From IMG/VR virus record IMGVR_UViG_3300012984_000011: DNA of 64,000 nt. The stretch is one strand, 5' to 3'. The translations under genes and the position numbers were made by a program. Source of the DNA: an uncultured virus (IMG/VR IMGVR_UViG_3300012984_000011) (lineage: Duplodnaviria > Heunggongvirae > Uroviricota > Caudoviricetes). Below, piece by piece: positions 1-9,203 of the stretch; the stretch's first letter is position 1; every line of letters starts with the position of its first letter. Under the pieces are notes generated by a model. The model saw only the letters and a program-made list of their open reading frames with translations. It ran no database searches and had not been told where the DNA came from.

Positions 1-83
1 CGGCCTTTGTTACACCCAGCAGATATACGCTCACGTGGTGTCTGTGGTGGAAGAAAAGGCCGAGATCTTAGAGGCCTGCGAAC

Positions 84-392
84 TTAAGCCGACGGATTGA
101 GCCGTTCCGCCTCATCTTCAGCGCCGGACTGGAAAGCTTTCAGCAAGGCAATCACCACCACATCTTCGGGGCGATAGATGGTATCACAATCCAAACAAGT
201 GTTGCGTCCGTTCTGGTAATGAGGAATTGACGCTTTTGACCCGCATTCTGGACACTGTCTAACCAACAATCCACGGGCGAATTGACGCAACTCCTCAGTA
301 CCGTACTCGGTTACCTTCTTCACACCTGGTTCCGGTTTGAGGAAAGACAGCTCGGCCAAGATGTTAGTCTGGTTCTGATAACTCCGGCTCAT
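84..392 (-). CDS. hypothetical protein with Zn-ribbon (CPEC...CLDC)
   Basis: ORF at the end of a minus-strand run; two CxxC pairs; start uncertain. Confidence 0.5.
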   Translation of the reverse strand: MSRSYQNQTNILAELSFLKPEPGVKKVTEYGTEELRQFARGLLVRQCPECGSKASIPHYQNGRNTCLDCDTIYRPEDVVVIALLKAFQSGAEDEAERLNPSA

Positions 393-1035
393 CTGGTATC
401 TTTTCTCCCGATCCCCATGCTTGGCTGACCGCCTGTTGTTGTTCTTCCGTGACAGCTTCGAGGAAGGGTACCATCTGGAACGGTGCCACACGGTCGCATA
501 GCCCTACACTGCACCACTTATGGGCCTCACAGCGGGCCTCCGACCGCAAGTTGCCACCTAAGCCCATCAGACGGTAGATGGCTGGTTCCTGACAGTTCTC
601 TCGCCAGTTACATCCGCCCTCAAGCAATCGTTTGATGTCGCCCCCAGCCTTTTCCCAAAGACGGTGGTGGTAGAGATCCAAGTCACTCTCGTACGTCTCG
701 ATTCCCCCGCCTATGTGGCAAAAAACCTCGGGAGGGATCTTGAAGGCCGTGAAGAAGTTTCTCAGGCATTTCTCGCATAGGGAGAAACGGTAGCGGGTGC
801 AGTCCATGAGGTGGAAGGAGCTATAGCCGCCTGAGACGGTGGCGTCGGTCAATCCGCTAGGCCACTGACCCTCACTGTCCTCACACAACCCTCCACCACA
901 TTGGTTGCACACATATGAGGCTGGATTTCGGACGATTCCAGTCCCTTCGCAGGACTTGCAATTTAGCGCCATAGTCCAGATGGCTCTGGATCTGTAGTCG
1001 GCACATCTTTGACAGGGTATGTGTTGATCGGTCAT
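364..1035 (-). CDS. Cys-rich hypothetical protein
   Basis: 223-aa ORF, several CxxC pairs, ATGA overlap with upstream gene. Confidence 0.65.
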   Translation of the reverse strand: MTDQHIPCQRCADYRSRAIWTMALNCKSCEGTGIVRNPASYVCNQCGGGLCEDSEGQWPSGLTDATVSGGYSSFHLMDCTRYRFSLCEKCLRNFFTAFKIPPEVFCHIGGGIETYESDLDLYHHRLWEKAGGDIKRLLEGGCNWRENCQEPAIYRLMGLGGNLRSEARCEAHKWCSVGLCDRVAPFQMVPFLEAVTEEQQQAVSQAWGSGEKIPDEPELSEPD

Positions 1036-1274
1036 GTGGGATTACGGATTCGTCGGGCAGGTACCATCAGCACTTTGACTTTACAGGCTCGGGGGTGATT
1101 GGGGTCACAATCGCCACCCAACATTCGATCAATACACCGTTCCGCCCCATCAGGCAGATCAACCAAATGGCTACCAGGCCAATCCTCGTGTGGTCTTAGA
1201 TAGGTAGCCGGTTCCCACTTGGCGGCTGGCTGACGCTGCACTTGGACCAATTGTCCTGGCGTGAAGGATTTCAT
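1032..1274 (-). CDS. hypothetical protein
   Basis: 80-aa ORF coupled by 4-nt overlaps on both sides. Confidence 0.6.
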   Translation of the reverse strand: MKSFTPGQLVQVQRQPAAKWEPATYLRPHEDWPGSHLVDLPDGAERCIDRMLGGDCDPNHPRACKVKVLMVPARRIRNPT

Positions 1275-1561
1275 CGTTTTTGACGTTTGCAGCGATGGTA
1301 TTCATACATCTGCTGCATTGGCGCAAATCTAGATTCGTCTGAATCATTCAGGGATTGGAGAAGGTTGGCCAACACCATTTTGGCGATCGTTAGTGAGATC
1401 TCATCTGCCTTCGGATCCATCAAAACTTCAAGTGAACGAGCGTAGGCAAACGAAGCATCACCTCGAATGAAGGTCCCACACCAGTCTCCAAGAAACTTCA
1501 TTGGCCCTGTCTCGGGACGGGCTTTGGAATTCAATTCTTCCGTATCGTCCTCATCACTCAC
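1271..1561 (-). CDS. hypothetical protein
   Basis: 96-aa ORF, coupled overlaps. Confidence 0.6.
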   Translation of the reverse strand: MSDEDDTEELNSKARPETGPMKFLGDWCGTFIRGDASFAYARSLEVLMDPKADEISLTIAKMVLANLLQSLNDSDESRFAPMQQMYEYHRCKRQKR

Positions 1562-2073
1562 GGACGTCGAACCTCGATGTATTGATGCTTGTTGCCTGTG
1601 TGGAGGTTGTAATTAAGATCTCGTTCATCGGTCTCTGGGTTGTAGCTGACCCATAAATTGTCCGACAGATCGGTGACTCGGATGCAGGCTGCCAAGATAT
1701 CAGGTTCGAACATCAGCATCCTCTCAAGCGCTTCCGCCATCTCAGGGCCGTGCGAGATACGGTCTTGTTTCTGACGTTCAGCAAAAATCCGAAACGAATC
1801 GGCCATCGCTTGAAAGTCTTCCCGTCTCAGCATCGCGTAATCGTAAGTCCACCAGAGGGTATTGTGTTCCCACCACTCTAGCTTTAGGGAGCCGTCCTCT
1901 ACCACTTGAAATAGGGTTTCCCATGGGTCCCATTTTCCTGGTAGAGGACGTAACCCGTAACGTTCGACCAATGTGGTCCACACAACGGGGCCAGTACCAT
2001 TACTGTTCTGAAGATACAGGTAAGGCGCAACAAACCCGTCCTGCCGGACGCAATACATGGTCGATCGACTCAT
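1558..2073 (-). CDS. hypothetical protein
   Basis: 171-aa ORF coupled to the HU stop codon. Confidence 0.65.
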   Translation of the reverse strand: MSRSTMYCVRQDGFVAPYLYLQNSNGTGPVVWTTLVERYGLRPLPGKWDPWETLFQVVEDGSLKLEWWEHNTLWWTYDYAMLRREDFQAMADSFRIFAERQKQDRISHGPEMAEALERMLMFEPDILAACIRVTDLSDNLWVSYNPETDERDLNYNLHTGNKHQYIEVRRP

Positions 2074-2363
2074 CAGAGGATCGCCTTCTTCAAAGCAGCG
2101 ATCGGCTTGGCGGCCAGCTTCTTTGAAGCCGGCTTGGCTGGGATGACGATCGGCTGCTTGGTAAACGGGTTCAGTCCCTGACGTTCTGCTGTAGCTGGTT
2201 TCTCCTTGCTGGTGATCTTGACCAATCCAGGAATGGTGAACTCTCCTTCAGTTTTGAGGGTTTGGGTGGCGAGGGAAGCCAAAGCCTCCAAGATGTCAGA
2301 AACCTGCCCTTTTGCGAGGTTAGTCTTTTGGGCCAGGTCACTGATCAGTTGGGTTTTACTCAT
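2073..2363 (-). CDS. hup: HU/IHF-family histone-like DNA-binding protein
   Basis: MSKTQLI...LAQKT...FTIPGLVK...RQGLNPFTKQPIVIPAK...LKKAI, typical HU pattern. Confidence 0.92.
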   Translation of the reverse strand: MSKTQLISDLAQKTNLAKGQVSDILEALASLATQTLKTEGEFTIPGLVKITSKEKPATAERQGLNPFTKQPIVIPAKPASKKLAAKPIAALKKAIL

Positions 2364-2376
2364 GATGTTGTACCAT

Positions 2377-2382
2377 TACACC
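2377..2382 (-). promoter_or_regulatory. GGTGTA class-A element upstream of HU
   Basis: GGTGTA 13 nt before the ATG; recurrent motif (see findings). Confidence 0.6.
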
Positions 2383-2444
2383 GACCATGGTCATTTTTTC
2401 CGACAGCCTCTAAAGCTTTCGCCATTTGGGCCGCTAGGTAGTAC

Positions 2445-2879
2445 ATGACCAACAATCATCAGACCGTTTGGACCCTCACTCATACGTGCAAAGATACCGT
2501 GACCGGCTACGCTGTTGAGATCAGCACTGCCCCCGCCCGCGGAAATGAGCTTCAATACTCATTCCGAATCGGCCGTCTGGTCAAGCAGCAAGGCACCGGC
2601 CAGGCTCCCGGCCCAGAGAAGTTCATTCCCCACATCCGTGCCCACAAGGACCGCAGCTCGATGGTGCATGTAGGGTTGGAGACCCCGTTCGTCACCATCC
2701 TGACTACCTTGTTGGAGGAAGCCGAAGAATGGATCACCTCCGATATGGCGGCTCGTCACGATGAAGATATCGAAGCACGAATCGTCAAGGAGACCAAGCA
2801 GGCAGGGTTCGGCCAGAAAGAGACCAAGCGAACCGGCAAGACCGAACGGAACCGCAACAAGCGCAAAGGCGCGGCTTAA
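2445..2879 (+). CDS. hypothetical protein, basic C-terminus
   Basis: 144-aa ORF divergent from HU. Confidence 0.7.
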   Translation: MTNNHQTVWTLTHTCKDTVTGYAVEISTAPARGNELQYSFRIGRLVKQQGTGQAPGPEKFIPHIRAHKDRSSMVHVGLETPFVTILTTLLEEAEEWITSDMAARHDEDIEARIVKETKQAGFGQKETKRTGKTERNRNKRKGAA

Positions 2880-2903
2880 TTCCTGGATGGTCGACCCGTT
2901 CTA
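2875..2903 (+). promoter_or_regulatory. class-B (ECF-like) promoter CTTAAT-N16-CGTTCTA
   Basis: exact 16-nt spacer; ATG 5 nt downstream; 8 copies in the window. Confidence 0.7.
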
Positions 2904-2908
2904 GCAGC

Positions 2909-3298
2909 ATGGCCCGCATCACCGAATTGGAGAAACTCCAACTGGAGAATGCCGCACTACACAAGATGTTGCGTCGTCTAGAGGGTTATGCTGCTGGAGG
3001 AGGAGCTCCCACCACCAGAGCCGTCAGGCTGATTTGTGAGGAAGCTCACACCTTTTTGGAGGAGGCTAGAAGGCAAAAGAAGGGTCTCAAGACCCCAGAT
3101 TTGCTGGAAGAACATTGCAAGTTCATCGAACGGGTAGATGCCAGGCAGTATGAGGCCTACGTCGAAGACCAAGATGAAGTGTTCGGCGTGGGGGTCGGTT
3201 CCAACGCTGAACAAGCCGTCAAAAAGTTGCGGGAATTAGTCGAATCCTTCATGGCTTATCACAAGTCTTCTCCTTCAGCCGCTCCCTCAGCCTCGTGA
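2909..3298 (+). CDS. hypothetical protein, C-terminal HicB-like segment
   Basis: YEAYVED...GVGSNAEQAVKKLRELVE resembles the HicB partial RNase-H fold. Confidence 0.55.
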   Translation: MARITELEKLQLENAALHKMLRRLEGYAAGGGAPTTRAVRLICEEAHTFLEEARRQKKGLKTPDLLEEHCKFIERVDARQYEAYVEDQDEVFGVGVGSNAEQAVKKLRELVESFMAYHKSSPSAAPSAS

Positions 3299-3569
3299 AC
3301 ACCTCCTCTGCTGTGTACCAATAGTCCCTACGGCCGTCCACAATCCCACAAGCGACGCTCCAGCAATTGGGTAGAGACTCCCGAGTGACGTACAGATCTG
3401 GACGGGCCAAGGCCTGCTTGGTTCGTGTTCCGAACCAAAGCCTCAGAGCCGTGTAGGGGATGGTGAGCAGCCACCTGTCTCGCCATCGTCGGACCCACCA
3501 AGATTTAGCTTGATATCGGTCGGCCAGCCGATCCGAGTTGTCCTTTTTCTGATATCCTGTGGATGTCAT
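3249..3569 (-). CDS. hypothetical protein
   Basis: 106-aa Trp/Arg-rich ORF. Confidence 0.5.
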   Translation of the reverse strand: MTSTGYQKKDNSDRLADRYQAKSWWVRRWRDRWLLTIPYTALRLWFGTRTKQALARPDLYVTRESLPNCWSVACGIVDGRRDYWYTAEEVFTRLRERLKEKTCDKP

Positions 3570-4146
3570 GCGGAAGTTGCTCCTACTGCTGGTTTGGATC
3601 CTGGCCCTAGACAGTACTCCTACACCCTTGCGGGCAATGTCGAGGGAAGCGGGTGAGAAACCCGTGGTGGTCGATACTGGTATTCGGATCGTCTATCAGT
3701 CTTGCAGCAATTGGTGTTGGGCTGCCGATATCGAGATGCTGAGCGGCAAGTACGGACAACCTACCACTCAATGTGGGGTAGTGGCAGCTCGTTTCCAAGA
3801 CCCTAGCTGTTGTGCAGCGGCCGCCTGCTATGGAGGATGTAACCAGGGAGCCAACAGTCCTGAGACGGTGACCACTACCTTGCAGGCACATGGGATTCAA
3901 AGCATCTACGAACCTTCTTACCTCTCATCTGCTCAGCTGAGAGCCTGGTTAGATGCGGGTTCTCCGGTGTTGGCCGCTACTGTACCGCACGCCTTTATCG
4001 TCTCCGGATATCGAAAAATAGACGGACAGTATAGCTATCTGGTGTTAGATCCGTTCCCATTGGTGGGGGCACATTGGGTCTCGTATACAGAATTGCGAAA
4101 TTATGGTGGGTATGAGTGGGCCTTCAGTTGGTATGCCTTTGAATGA
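3568..4146 (+). CDS. secreted papain-like cysteine protease (C39/C70-like)
   Basis: hydrophobic N-terminal signal; QSCSNWCWAA (Cys), HAFIVSGY (His), VLDP (Asp). Confidence 0.75.
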   Translation: MRKLLLLLVWILALDSTPTPLRAMSREAGEKPVVVDTGIRIVYQSCSNWCWAADIEMLSGKYGQPTTQCGVVAARFQDPSCCAAAACYGGCNQGANSPETVTTTLQAHGIQSIYEPSYLSSAQLRAWLDAGSPVLAATVPHAFIVSGYRKIDGQYSYLVLDPFPLVGAHWVSYTELRNYGGYEWAFSWYAFE

Positions 4147-4260
4147 TTCGTTAACTAGACGTTAACCAATTGTTTCCAAATGTGTGGTTTATGGCGCCTT
4201 TTGGCCCTTTTTGACCCGTAACTTGTTCTTGTTTGATTCCTCTTAGCGGAGGAATCAAAT

Positions 4261-5253
4261 ATGCTCAAGACAGCTCATCATGCGAATGGTTCGCCACGCC
4301 AGGTTCACCTAGGTGGTTGGAAGAAACAGCCTACCGACACCCGAGATGAAGACTATCGCCTCAAACTACCCTCAGGAGTGTTTGGTGCCGCTCCCGCCTC
4401 GGTAGACTTGCGTTCCATCTGTAGTCCAGTTGAAGATCAGGGCGACCTAGGCAGCTGTACGGCCAACATGTTGGCTGGTATGGTGGAAGCCAATGAGAAC
4501 CGTGGGTTGGCCAAAACTTCGTTGGCTCAGTTGGGTGCCGCCACAGCCAATGTCAGTGTTTCGAACGTCTCAGTAGCGGCTGATGGCACCATTACCTTCA
4601 CCACTACCATCAAGACCACCTCAGCTCCCACTCCAGCTCCAACCCCATCACCCTCCCCAACTCCGACGCCAGCCAAGTTGGTGCAAGTAAGCCGGTTGTT
4701 TGAGTACTACGCCACGCGGAAGATCGAGGGGACCGTCTCTGAGGATTCCGGAGCTACCATCCGCGATACCGTCAAAGCTGCGGCTCAATACGGTGTGGTG
4801 GATGAAGCCTCATGGCCGTACAATATCTCGAAGTTCGCCACCAACCCGCCAGCTGCCTTGTGGACCACAGCTCTGACGCACAAGGTCACATCGTATCATT
4901 CGATCGCAGATGGTGACTTGGCGACCATGAAAGCCACACTAGCTGCCGGCTATTTGGTTGGCTACGGCTTCCAGGTCTACAGCTACTTCATGTCGGCTGA
5001 TATGGCCAAGAACGGCTTCCTGAACATCCCAGGCAAGTCAGAAACTCTGCAGGGCGGTCACGCTCAATGCTTGGTCGGGTATGACGACCAAATGGTTAAC
5101 CCGTTCAATTCAGCTTCCAAGGGCGCATTCTTGGTTCGTAACAGCTGGGGATCAGCTTGGGGCTTGGCTGGCTACTACTGGGTGAGTTACGATTATCTCA
5201 AAAACACCAAACTGGCTAGCGATTTCTGGGTAATCCAGAGCTCAGCATTCTGA
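4261..5253 (+). CDS. C1-family (papain) cysteine peptidase with internal insertion
   Basis: DQGDLGSCTA, GGHAQCLVGYDD, RNSWG..WG..GY motifs; GGAGG RBS. Confidence 0.9.
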   Translation: MLKTAHHANGSPRQVHLGGWKKQPTDTRDEDYRLKLPSGVFGAAPASVDLRSICSPVEDQGDLGSCTANMLAGMVEANENRGLAKTSLAQLGAATANVSVSNVSVAADGTITFTTTIKTTSAPTPAPTPSPSPTPTPAKLVQVSRLFEYYATRKIEGTVSEDSGATIRDTVKAAAQYGVVDEASWPYNISKFATNPPAALWTTALTHKVTSYHSIADGDLATMKATLAAGYLVGYGFQVYSYFMSADMAKNGFLNIPGKSETLQGGHAQCLVGYDDQMVNPFNSASKGAFLVRNSWGSAWGLAGYYWVSYDYLKNTKLASDFWVIQSSAF

Positions 5254-5275
5254 ACCAAATATCTCTAGCAAGTCG

Positions 5276-5306
5276 AGAAAAGGATCCCAATTGGGATCCT
5301 TTTTCT
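5276..5306. terminator. bidirectional intrinsic terminator
   Basis: AGAAAAGGATCCCAATTGGGATCCTTTTTCT near-perfect palindrome between convergent genes. Confidence 0.8.
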
Positions 5307-5308
5307 AT

Positions 5309-5578
5309 TTAGAGGCCACCGTCATCACGGCGCTGCTTAGGGAGATCCGTGGCTCTTATCACTCCAGGGAAGTCGTCGATATCGGTCAAAACACCACAAT
5401 CAGGACATTTGAATGTGATGAAGTAATCAGGGTATTGATCCCCATAGCTGTGTCGGCTTGTCTGGAACAGATCCGACCTCTCAACCTCCAATTTGGCCGA
5501 ACAACCGCCCCCTCCGTTACCTCGTCCCGTACAGACAAGGTTTCGACTTGGGGGTTTGCCTTTTTCCAATACTTTCAT
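5309..5578 (-). CDS. Zn-ribbon hypothetical protein
   Basis: MKVLEKG...CTG..GGGC...CPDCG; start chosen by ATGA coupling. Confidence 0.65.
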   Translation of the reverse strand: MKVLEKGKPPSRNLVCTGRGNGGGGCSAKLEVERSDLFQTSRHSYGDQYPDYFITFKCPDCGVLTDIDDFPGVIRATDLPKQRRDDGGL

Positions 5579-5754
5579 AGTCTGACGTTGGTGTGAACCA
5601 ACCCCAATCCTTGAAGGATCCACAATATCAGGAAGATGGAGACCACTACTTGCAGTAACCTCTTGGTTCCAGCGCCCATTGGGACGAAGGCTTCGATAAC
5701 CCAAAGGATTAGGCCGAAGCAGATGATTTGTTCCAAAACTGTTGAAAGGCTCAT
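5575..5754 (-). CDS. small two-TM membrane protein (Thivi_2564-like)
   Basis: 59-aa ORF below the track cutoff: MSLSTVLEQIICFGLILWVIEAFVPMGAGTKRLLQVVVSIFLILWILQGLG; coupled on both ends. Confidence 0.7.
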   Translation of the reverse strand: MSLSTVLEQIICFGLILWVIEAFVPMGAGTKRLLQVVVSIFLILWILQGLGLVHTNVRL

Positions 5755-6050
5755 GGTTCGTTATCCGTGGGGAACGATGGTGGAGGGGTGGGGATCTGAT
5801 GGTGGGGCATCGTATCCCGCACCACCTCAATCTCTGGGACGGCTGGCAGCTGGATCTTTAGCCAAGCCTCGGTGATCGCTCCTTTGTTGTAGTCGGCGAT
5901 CAGGTGGCAAATGGTGTTCGTATCTGGGTGAGGTATGGCGTCTCCGTCCACCTCATGGGCCAAAACCTCGTGAGCTACATTGCTTAGAGCATCCAAGGGT
6001 ACCAACCCATCCAAATAAAGCTGAAGTTCAGTCGCAAGGCGAAGGTTCAT
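5751..6050 (-). CDS. hypothetical protein
   Basis: 99-aa ORF with GGTGTA 11 nt upstream. Confidence 0.65.
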   Translation of the reverse strand: MNLRLATELQLYLDGLVPLDALSNVAHEVLAHEVDGDAIPHPDTNTICHLIADYNKGAITEAWLKIQLPAVPEIEVVRDTMPHHQIPTPPPSFPTDNEP

Positions 6051-6061
6051 ACTTGGGGGTT

Positions 6062-6077
6062 TACACCATCTGGTGTA
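6062..6077. promoter_or_regulatory. divergent class-A pair TACACC-ATCT-GGTGTA
   Basis: serves ATGs at 6050 (-) and 6090 (+). Confidence 0.75.
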
Positions 6078-6089
6078 CTGAGGCTAGCC

Positions 6090-6329
6090 ATGTCGCAATA
6101 CCAAATCCTAGATTCCTACAGCCCGCCTGCCCCACCCTACAACACCAATCGAACGGCCTTGGAGCCCTGTCCTTGCTGCAAAGTGCCAGCCTTTCAGCCG
6201 TGCGTAGGCAACTTCATCTGCAGATTCGATGTGCTGGTTGAGGCGTCTCTTACCGAGGCAGAGAATCGCTACATCGAACGCTTTTACCGGTACAATCACA
6301 AGCCGGTTTTGCAGGTTGGAGTCAGTTGA
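6090..6329 (+). CDS. small Cys-containing hypothetical protein
   Basis: 79-aa ORF after GGTGTA. Confidence 0.55.
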   Translation: MSQYQILDSYSPPAPPYNTNRTALEPCPCCKVPAFQPCVGNFICRFDVLVEASLTEAENRYIERFYRYNHKPVLQVGVS

Positions 6330-6604
6330 TGGATCGCACGTGTGGTGGGTGTGGGAATGTGCTTTGCCTCAAGCAAGGGCTGGAGCGCCTTAGAAGCTAT
6401 CGTGGGGAGCCGAACTATCAAATCCCCGAAGATCTGGTGATCCCCACTTGCCTCAAGTGTGGTGCAGAGTGGTTGACGGACCTCCAGATTGATCTGCTGA
6501 GTCAAGACTTGGAACGTCAGTGGCGGGAGCGACACCCTACCTTAGGGCAACTTTCGGACGACCCACAGCTTCCGGACATCACAGAAGGTGACATCAAGCT
6601 TTGA
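6326..6604 (+). CDS. YgiT/MqsA-type zinc-finger protein (no HTH)
   Basis: CGGCG...IPTCLKCGAEWLT pattern. Confidence 0.6.
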   Translation: MMDRTCGGCGNVLCLKQGLERLRSYRGEPNYQIPEDLVIPTCLKCGAEWLTDLQIDLLSQDLERQWRERHPTLGQLSDDPQLPDITEGDIKL

Positions 6605-7036
6605 TCTGCCACAACGGACGAACCAAGTGTCTCGCCTCTTCTCCAGGGAGGTCCAGTAGAACCCTCCTCGCTTGGCTCGGACAAGAACCGTCCCCTTGAC
6701 GGCTAGGGTCCAGGTGCCGTCGATGGTGTTGTCGGCTTCGTTGAATGTAGAAGTCGGAATCCTTAGAGCAATACTGCCATGTTCCTGGAACTCCCGCTCT
6801 CCCAATGACGTTCCGATTCTAGGCTGAATTTCGTCAATGGTTCCTACGTGGATGTGTTGTTGAATTGGCAACGTCCCTATGTATTCGGGTTCGGAGATGT
6901 AGACTACCCATCCTGGAGGTACCAATGCCTTGACAGGAGAATCCATTAGATTGACTGGCGATGGTGGATCCTTGTCTAGTTGATCCTGCCGAAGCAGACG
7001 GTCATAAGCCCGCTTGAGGAATTTGGGGGTCAACAT
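6542..7036 (-). CDS. hypothetical protein
   Basis: 164-aa ORF. Confidence 0.6.
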   Translation of the reverse strand: MLTPKFLKRAYDRLLRQDQLDKDPPSPVNLMDSPVKALVPPGWVVYISEPEYIGTLPIQQHIHVGTIDEIQPRIGTSLGEREFQEHGSIALRIPTSTFNEADNTIDGTWTLAVKGTVLVRAKRGGFYWTSLEKRRDTWFVRCGRSKLDVTFCDVRKLWVVRKLP

Positions 7037-7281
7037 GGTGGGGTAGCGGGCGCGTTGGGGTCAACCCACAGGATCCACGGAGACGTGATCTTGGGCCGAT
7101 GATCGCACGCGGTCTCACAGGGGCCGTTGTGTCGGCCCGTTGCCTTCTTCTGAGCCGTCATACAGACCTCGTAGTCGTAACAGACTTCGCAGATCCAGGT
7201 TCCGGCTTCGGTTTGGGCGTGGGTCAGCATTTCATGCCCATTCTGACAGGCAGGGCATTCACAGAAATCGCAAAAAGCCAT
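7030..7281 (-). CDS. Cys-rich hypothetical protein
   Basis: CDFCECPAC...CEVC...C...CETAC. Confidence 0.6.
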   Translation of the reverse strand: MAFCDFCECPACQNGHEMLTHAQTEAGTWICEVCYDYEVCMTAQKKATGRHNGPCETACDHRPKITSPWILWVDPNAPATPPC

Positions 7282-7308
7282 TGGATACCCTATATAGCAT
7301 CATGCCTG

Positions 7309-7599
7309 CTAGGAGTCGATCTCAATACCTGGCCCGCTCTTAAAGTCGTACAAGATCACCTGGGAGCTAGTCCTCTTGCATTGCTTGGCTGGAACGACCC
7401 AAACGTGGTGTTCCTCATCTCCCAGCTGCATTCCTCGACGAAGAACATATGATTTCCCTACGGTCAAGTAGGTCGCCATATGTTCACCTGCTTTTTCGAC
7501 CAAGATCCTAACCCTAGGTGTATGGTTCTTCTGATTCAGTAGTTCCGTCACAACCCATTCTTCTGACCCATCGACGATCCGCTGACCTACTTGCAACAT
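7309..7599 (-). CDS. hypothetical protein
   Basis: ORF with GGTGTA (7609-7614) 9 nt upstream. Confidence 0.65.
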   Translation of the reverse strand: MLQVGQRIVDGSEEWVVTELLNQKNHTPRVRILVEKAGEHMATYLTVGKSYVLRRGMQLGDEEHHVWVVPAKQCKRTSSQVILYDFKSGPGIEIDS

Positions 7600-7646
7600 C
7601 ATAGGAGATACACCACAAAACTCCTCTTGATTGGTGTATTGTCAGC

Positions 7647-7823
7647 ATGACCCCTGGCCACCAACTCTGGATTGAACTAAACTACGGCAAATACGTCCAA
7701 CCGGACGGCCCCAATCCTTTCGATTGGTGGCCAGAACTGCCCGAAAAGCGGCGTCAACAGTATGAAGAGGCCGCTTTGGTGATGATGGCCGAGGGGGCCA
7801 AGAAAGCCAAATGTCCTACCTGA
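7647..7823 (+). CDS. small hypothetical protein (58 aa)
   Basis: not in the track; GGTGTA at 7633-7638, 8 nt before the ATG; MTPGHQLWIELNYGKY... Confidence 0.6.
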   Translation: MTPGHQLWIELNYGKYVQPDGPNPFDWWPELPEKRRQQYEEAALVMMAEGAKKAKCPT

Positions 7824-8329
7824 TCCCACTCTCCAAAGCTCCGCCAGAATATGGAGCTCCTCGAACCGTTATTGAGCGTGATTCGGAGACGCTGGTTTTG
7901 GAGATCCCTCGACACTTGATCGATAGCTTCGAAAAAGGCTTTTTGGTGATAGAACCCTATAGGCCTAACTTCCGGAAGAGGTTTAGACCCGAGCCTAGCT
8001 ATCAATTCAGCATCGCATTAGACGCTTCCTCTAGTTATTGGTACAAGCGTCGATTGGTGGATAGCCCACACCCTCGACAAGGGCAAACATTGCATCATAC
8101 GAGTCTCAAGAAGCTGAGTCAAATGCAGACCGATAGCTTTGTATTGGTGCAGATCGAATCAGCTTGGAAACTCTGGCGAGTGGACCCTCACGTCAACCCC
8201 TCAGCAGTCAAGCAACAGATAGAGAAGACCGAGAAGCGGGTTCGCCTAAGGGAAGCCAAAGAACAGAAGCGCCTAGCTTCCAAACCGTCTATTTTCAAGC
8301 AACTGCTGGACCGTTTCTTGGACGACTGA
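7811..8329 (+). CDS. hypothetical protein with C-terminal tag-like motif (PSIFKQLLD)
   Basis: 172-aa ORF. Confidence 0.65.
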   Translation: MSYLIPLSKAPPEYGAPRTVIERDSETLVLEIPRHLIDSFEKGFLVIEPYRPNFRKRFRPEPSYQFSIALDASSSYWYKRRLVDSPHPRQGQTLHHTSLKKLSQMQTDSFVLVQIESAWKLWRVDPHVNPSAVKQQIEKTEKRVRLREAKEQKRLASKPSIFKQLLDRFLDD

Positions 8330-8718
8330 TGCCCCACGAAGAAGAACGGATCAGGGTATTGGAAGCCCAGGTGTCGGAGTTGACCGACAGTGTCACTAGG
8401 CTGACGGCCGCCTTTCTGAGCCTGACGGACCATTTGGCTCAGATCCATCAAGAGGGGTCCTACCCCTCTTTCACCAATATGCAGGTTAGTGCTACCGCAA
8501 TAGCTGTTAGCTTTGGCCGAGTCGTACCTATCTACAGTCCAACCTCCCCTCTCAGACCGTTGAGCTGCGATAACTCTAGAGGGATGTGGATGCCATTCGT
8601 GCCTCCCCCACAACTACAGGTCTCAAGATTGGTTCCAATCGCCGGACCAACAACTGAGCCTAGGTCTGCTTGGGATCATCTGACGGAAGACCCTATCGGT
8701 CAGCCAACCACCAGATAA
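8329..8718 (+). CDS. hypothetical coiled-coil protein with C-terminal tag (RSAWDHLTED)
   Basis: TGATG coupling at 8327-8331. Confidence 0.65.
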   Translation: MPHEEERIRVLEAQVSELTDSVTRLTAAFLSLTDHLAQIHQEGSYPSFTNMQVSATAIAVSFGRVVPIYSPTSPLRPLSCDNSRGMWMPFVPPPQLQVSRLVPIAGPTTEPRSAWDHLTEDPIGQPTTR

Positions 8719-9203
8719 CTGGTGTCTTCCCAAAGCAGTTGACGCCCGTCACTACACACATAGACGGCTCGATCATAGTCGATCGATACGATTTGGTTCT
8801 GATTTCGAATTAGGTCGTAGCGATCCACAACCCTGACATCTCCCTTGTAGATCACGCATGTCCCTACCGATAGGGTAGGCTTTGGAGCGTGGTAGTGGAC
8901 CCACCAGCTCAACATGCACGACAGTACTCTCTTCCTAGTGTGGTAAATGTCGGCATTGACCAAGCCCACGATCAGGTTTTCGTCAACATAGAAATTGTGT
9001 CTAGCCAACAGGACCCCAATCTCGAAAGCGTCTTCCAGCTTAGAGCTGAGAATGTGGGCCAAACTATCGAGGAATTGCTCTTTTTCACTAACATCAACGC
9101 AATCCTTCAGGGAACGCCACACCTCTGCCGCCACCTCAGTCGATACCTCTAGGCTAAAGTAAGTGGGCCGCTCAACCTTCTCTTGTGTCACTTGATCTTC
9201 CAA
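8700..9203 (-). CDS. hypothetical protein
   Basis: 167-aa ORF. Confidence 0.6.
   Translation of the reverse strand: MEDQVTQEKVERPTYFSLEVSTEVAAEVWRSLKDCVDVSEKEQFLDSLAHILSSKLEDAFEIGVLLARHNFYVDENLIVGLVNADIYHTRKRVLSCMLSWWVHYHAPKPTLSVGTCVIYKGDVRVVDRYDLIRNQNQIVSIDYDRAVYVCSDGRQLLWEDTSYLVVG

Noticed and set aside
4618..4675. Pro/Thr-coding stretch as a DNA tandem repeat or VNTR
   Set aside because: Codons vary between units; it is a protein-level linker.
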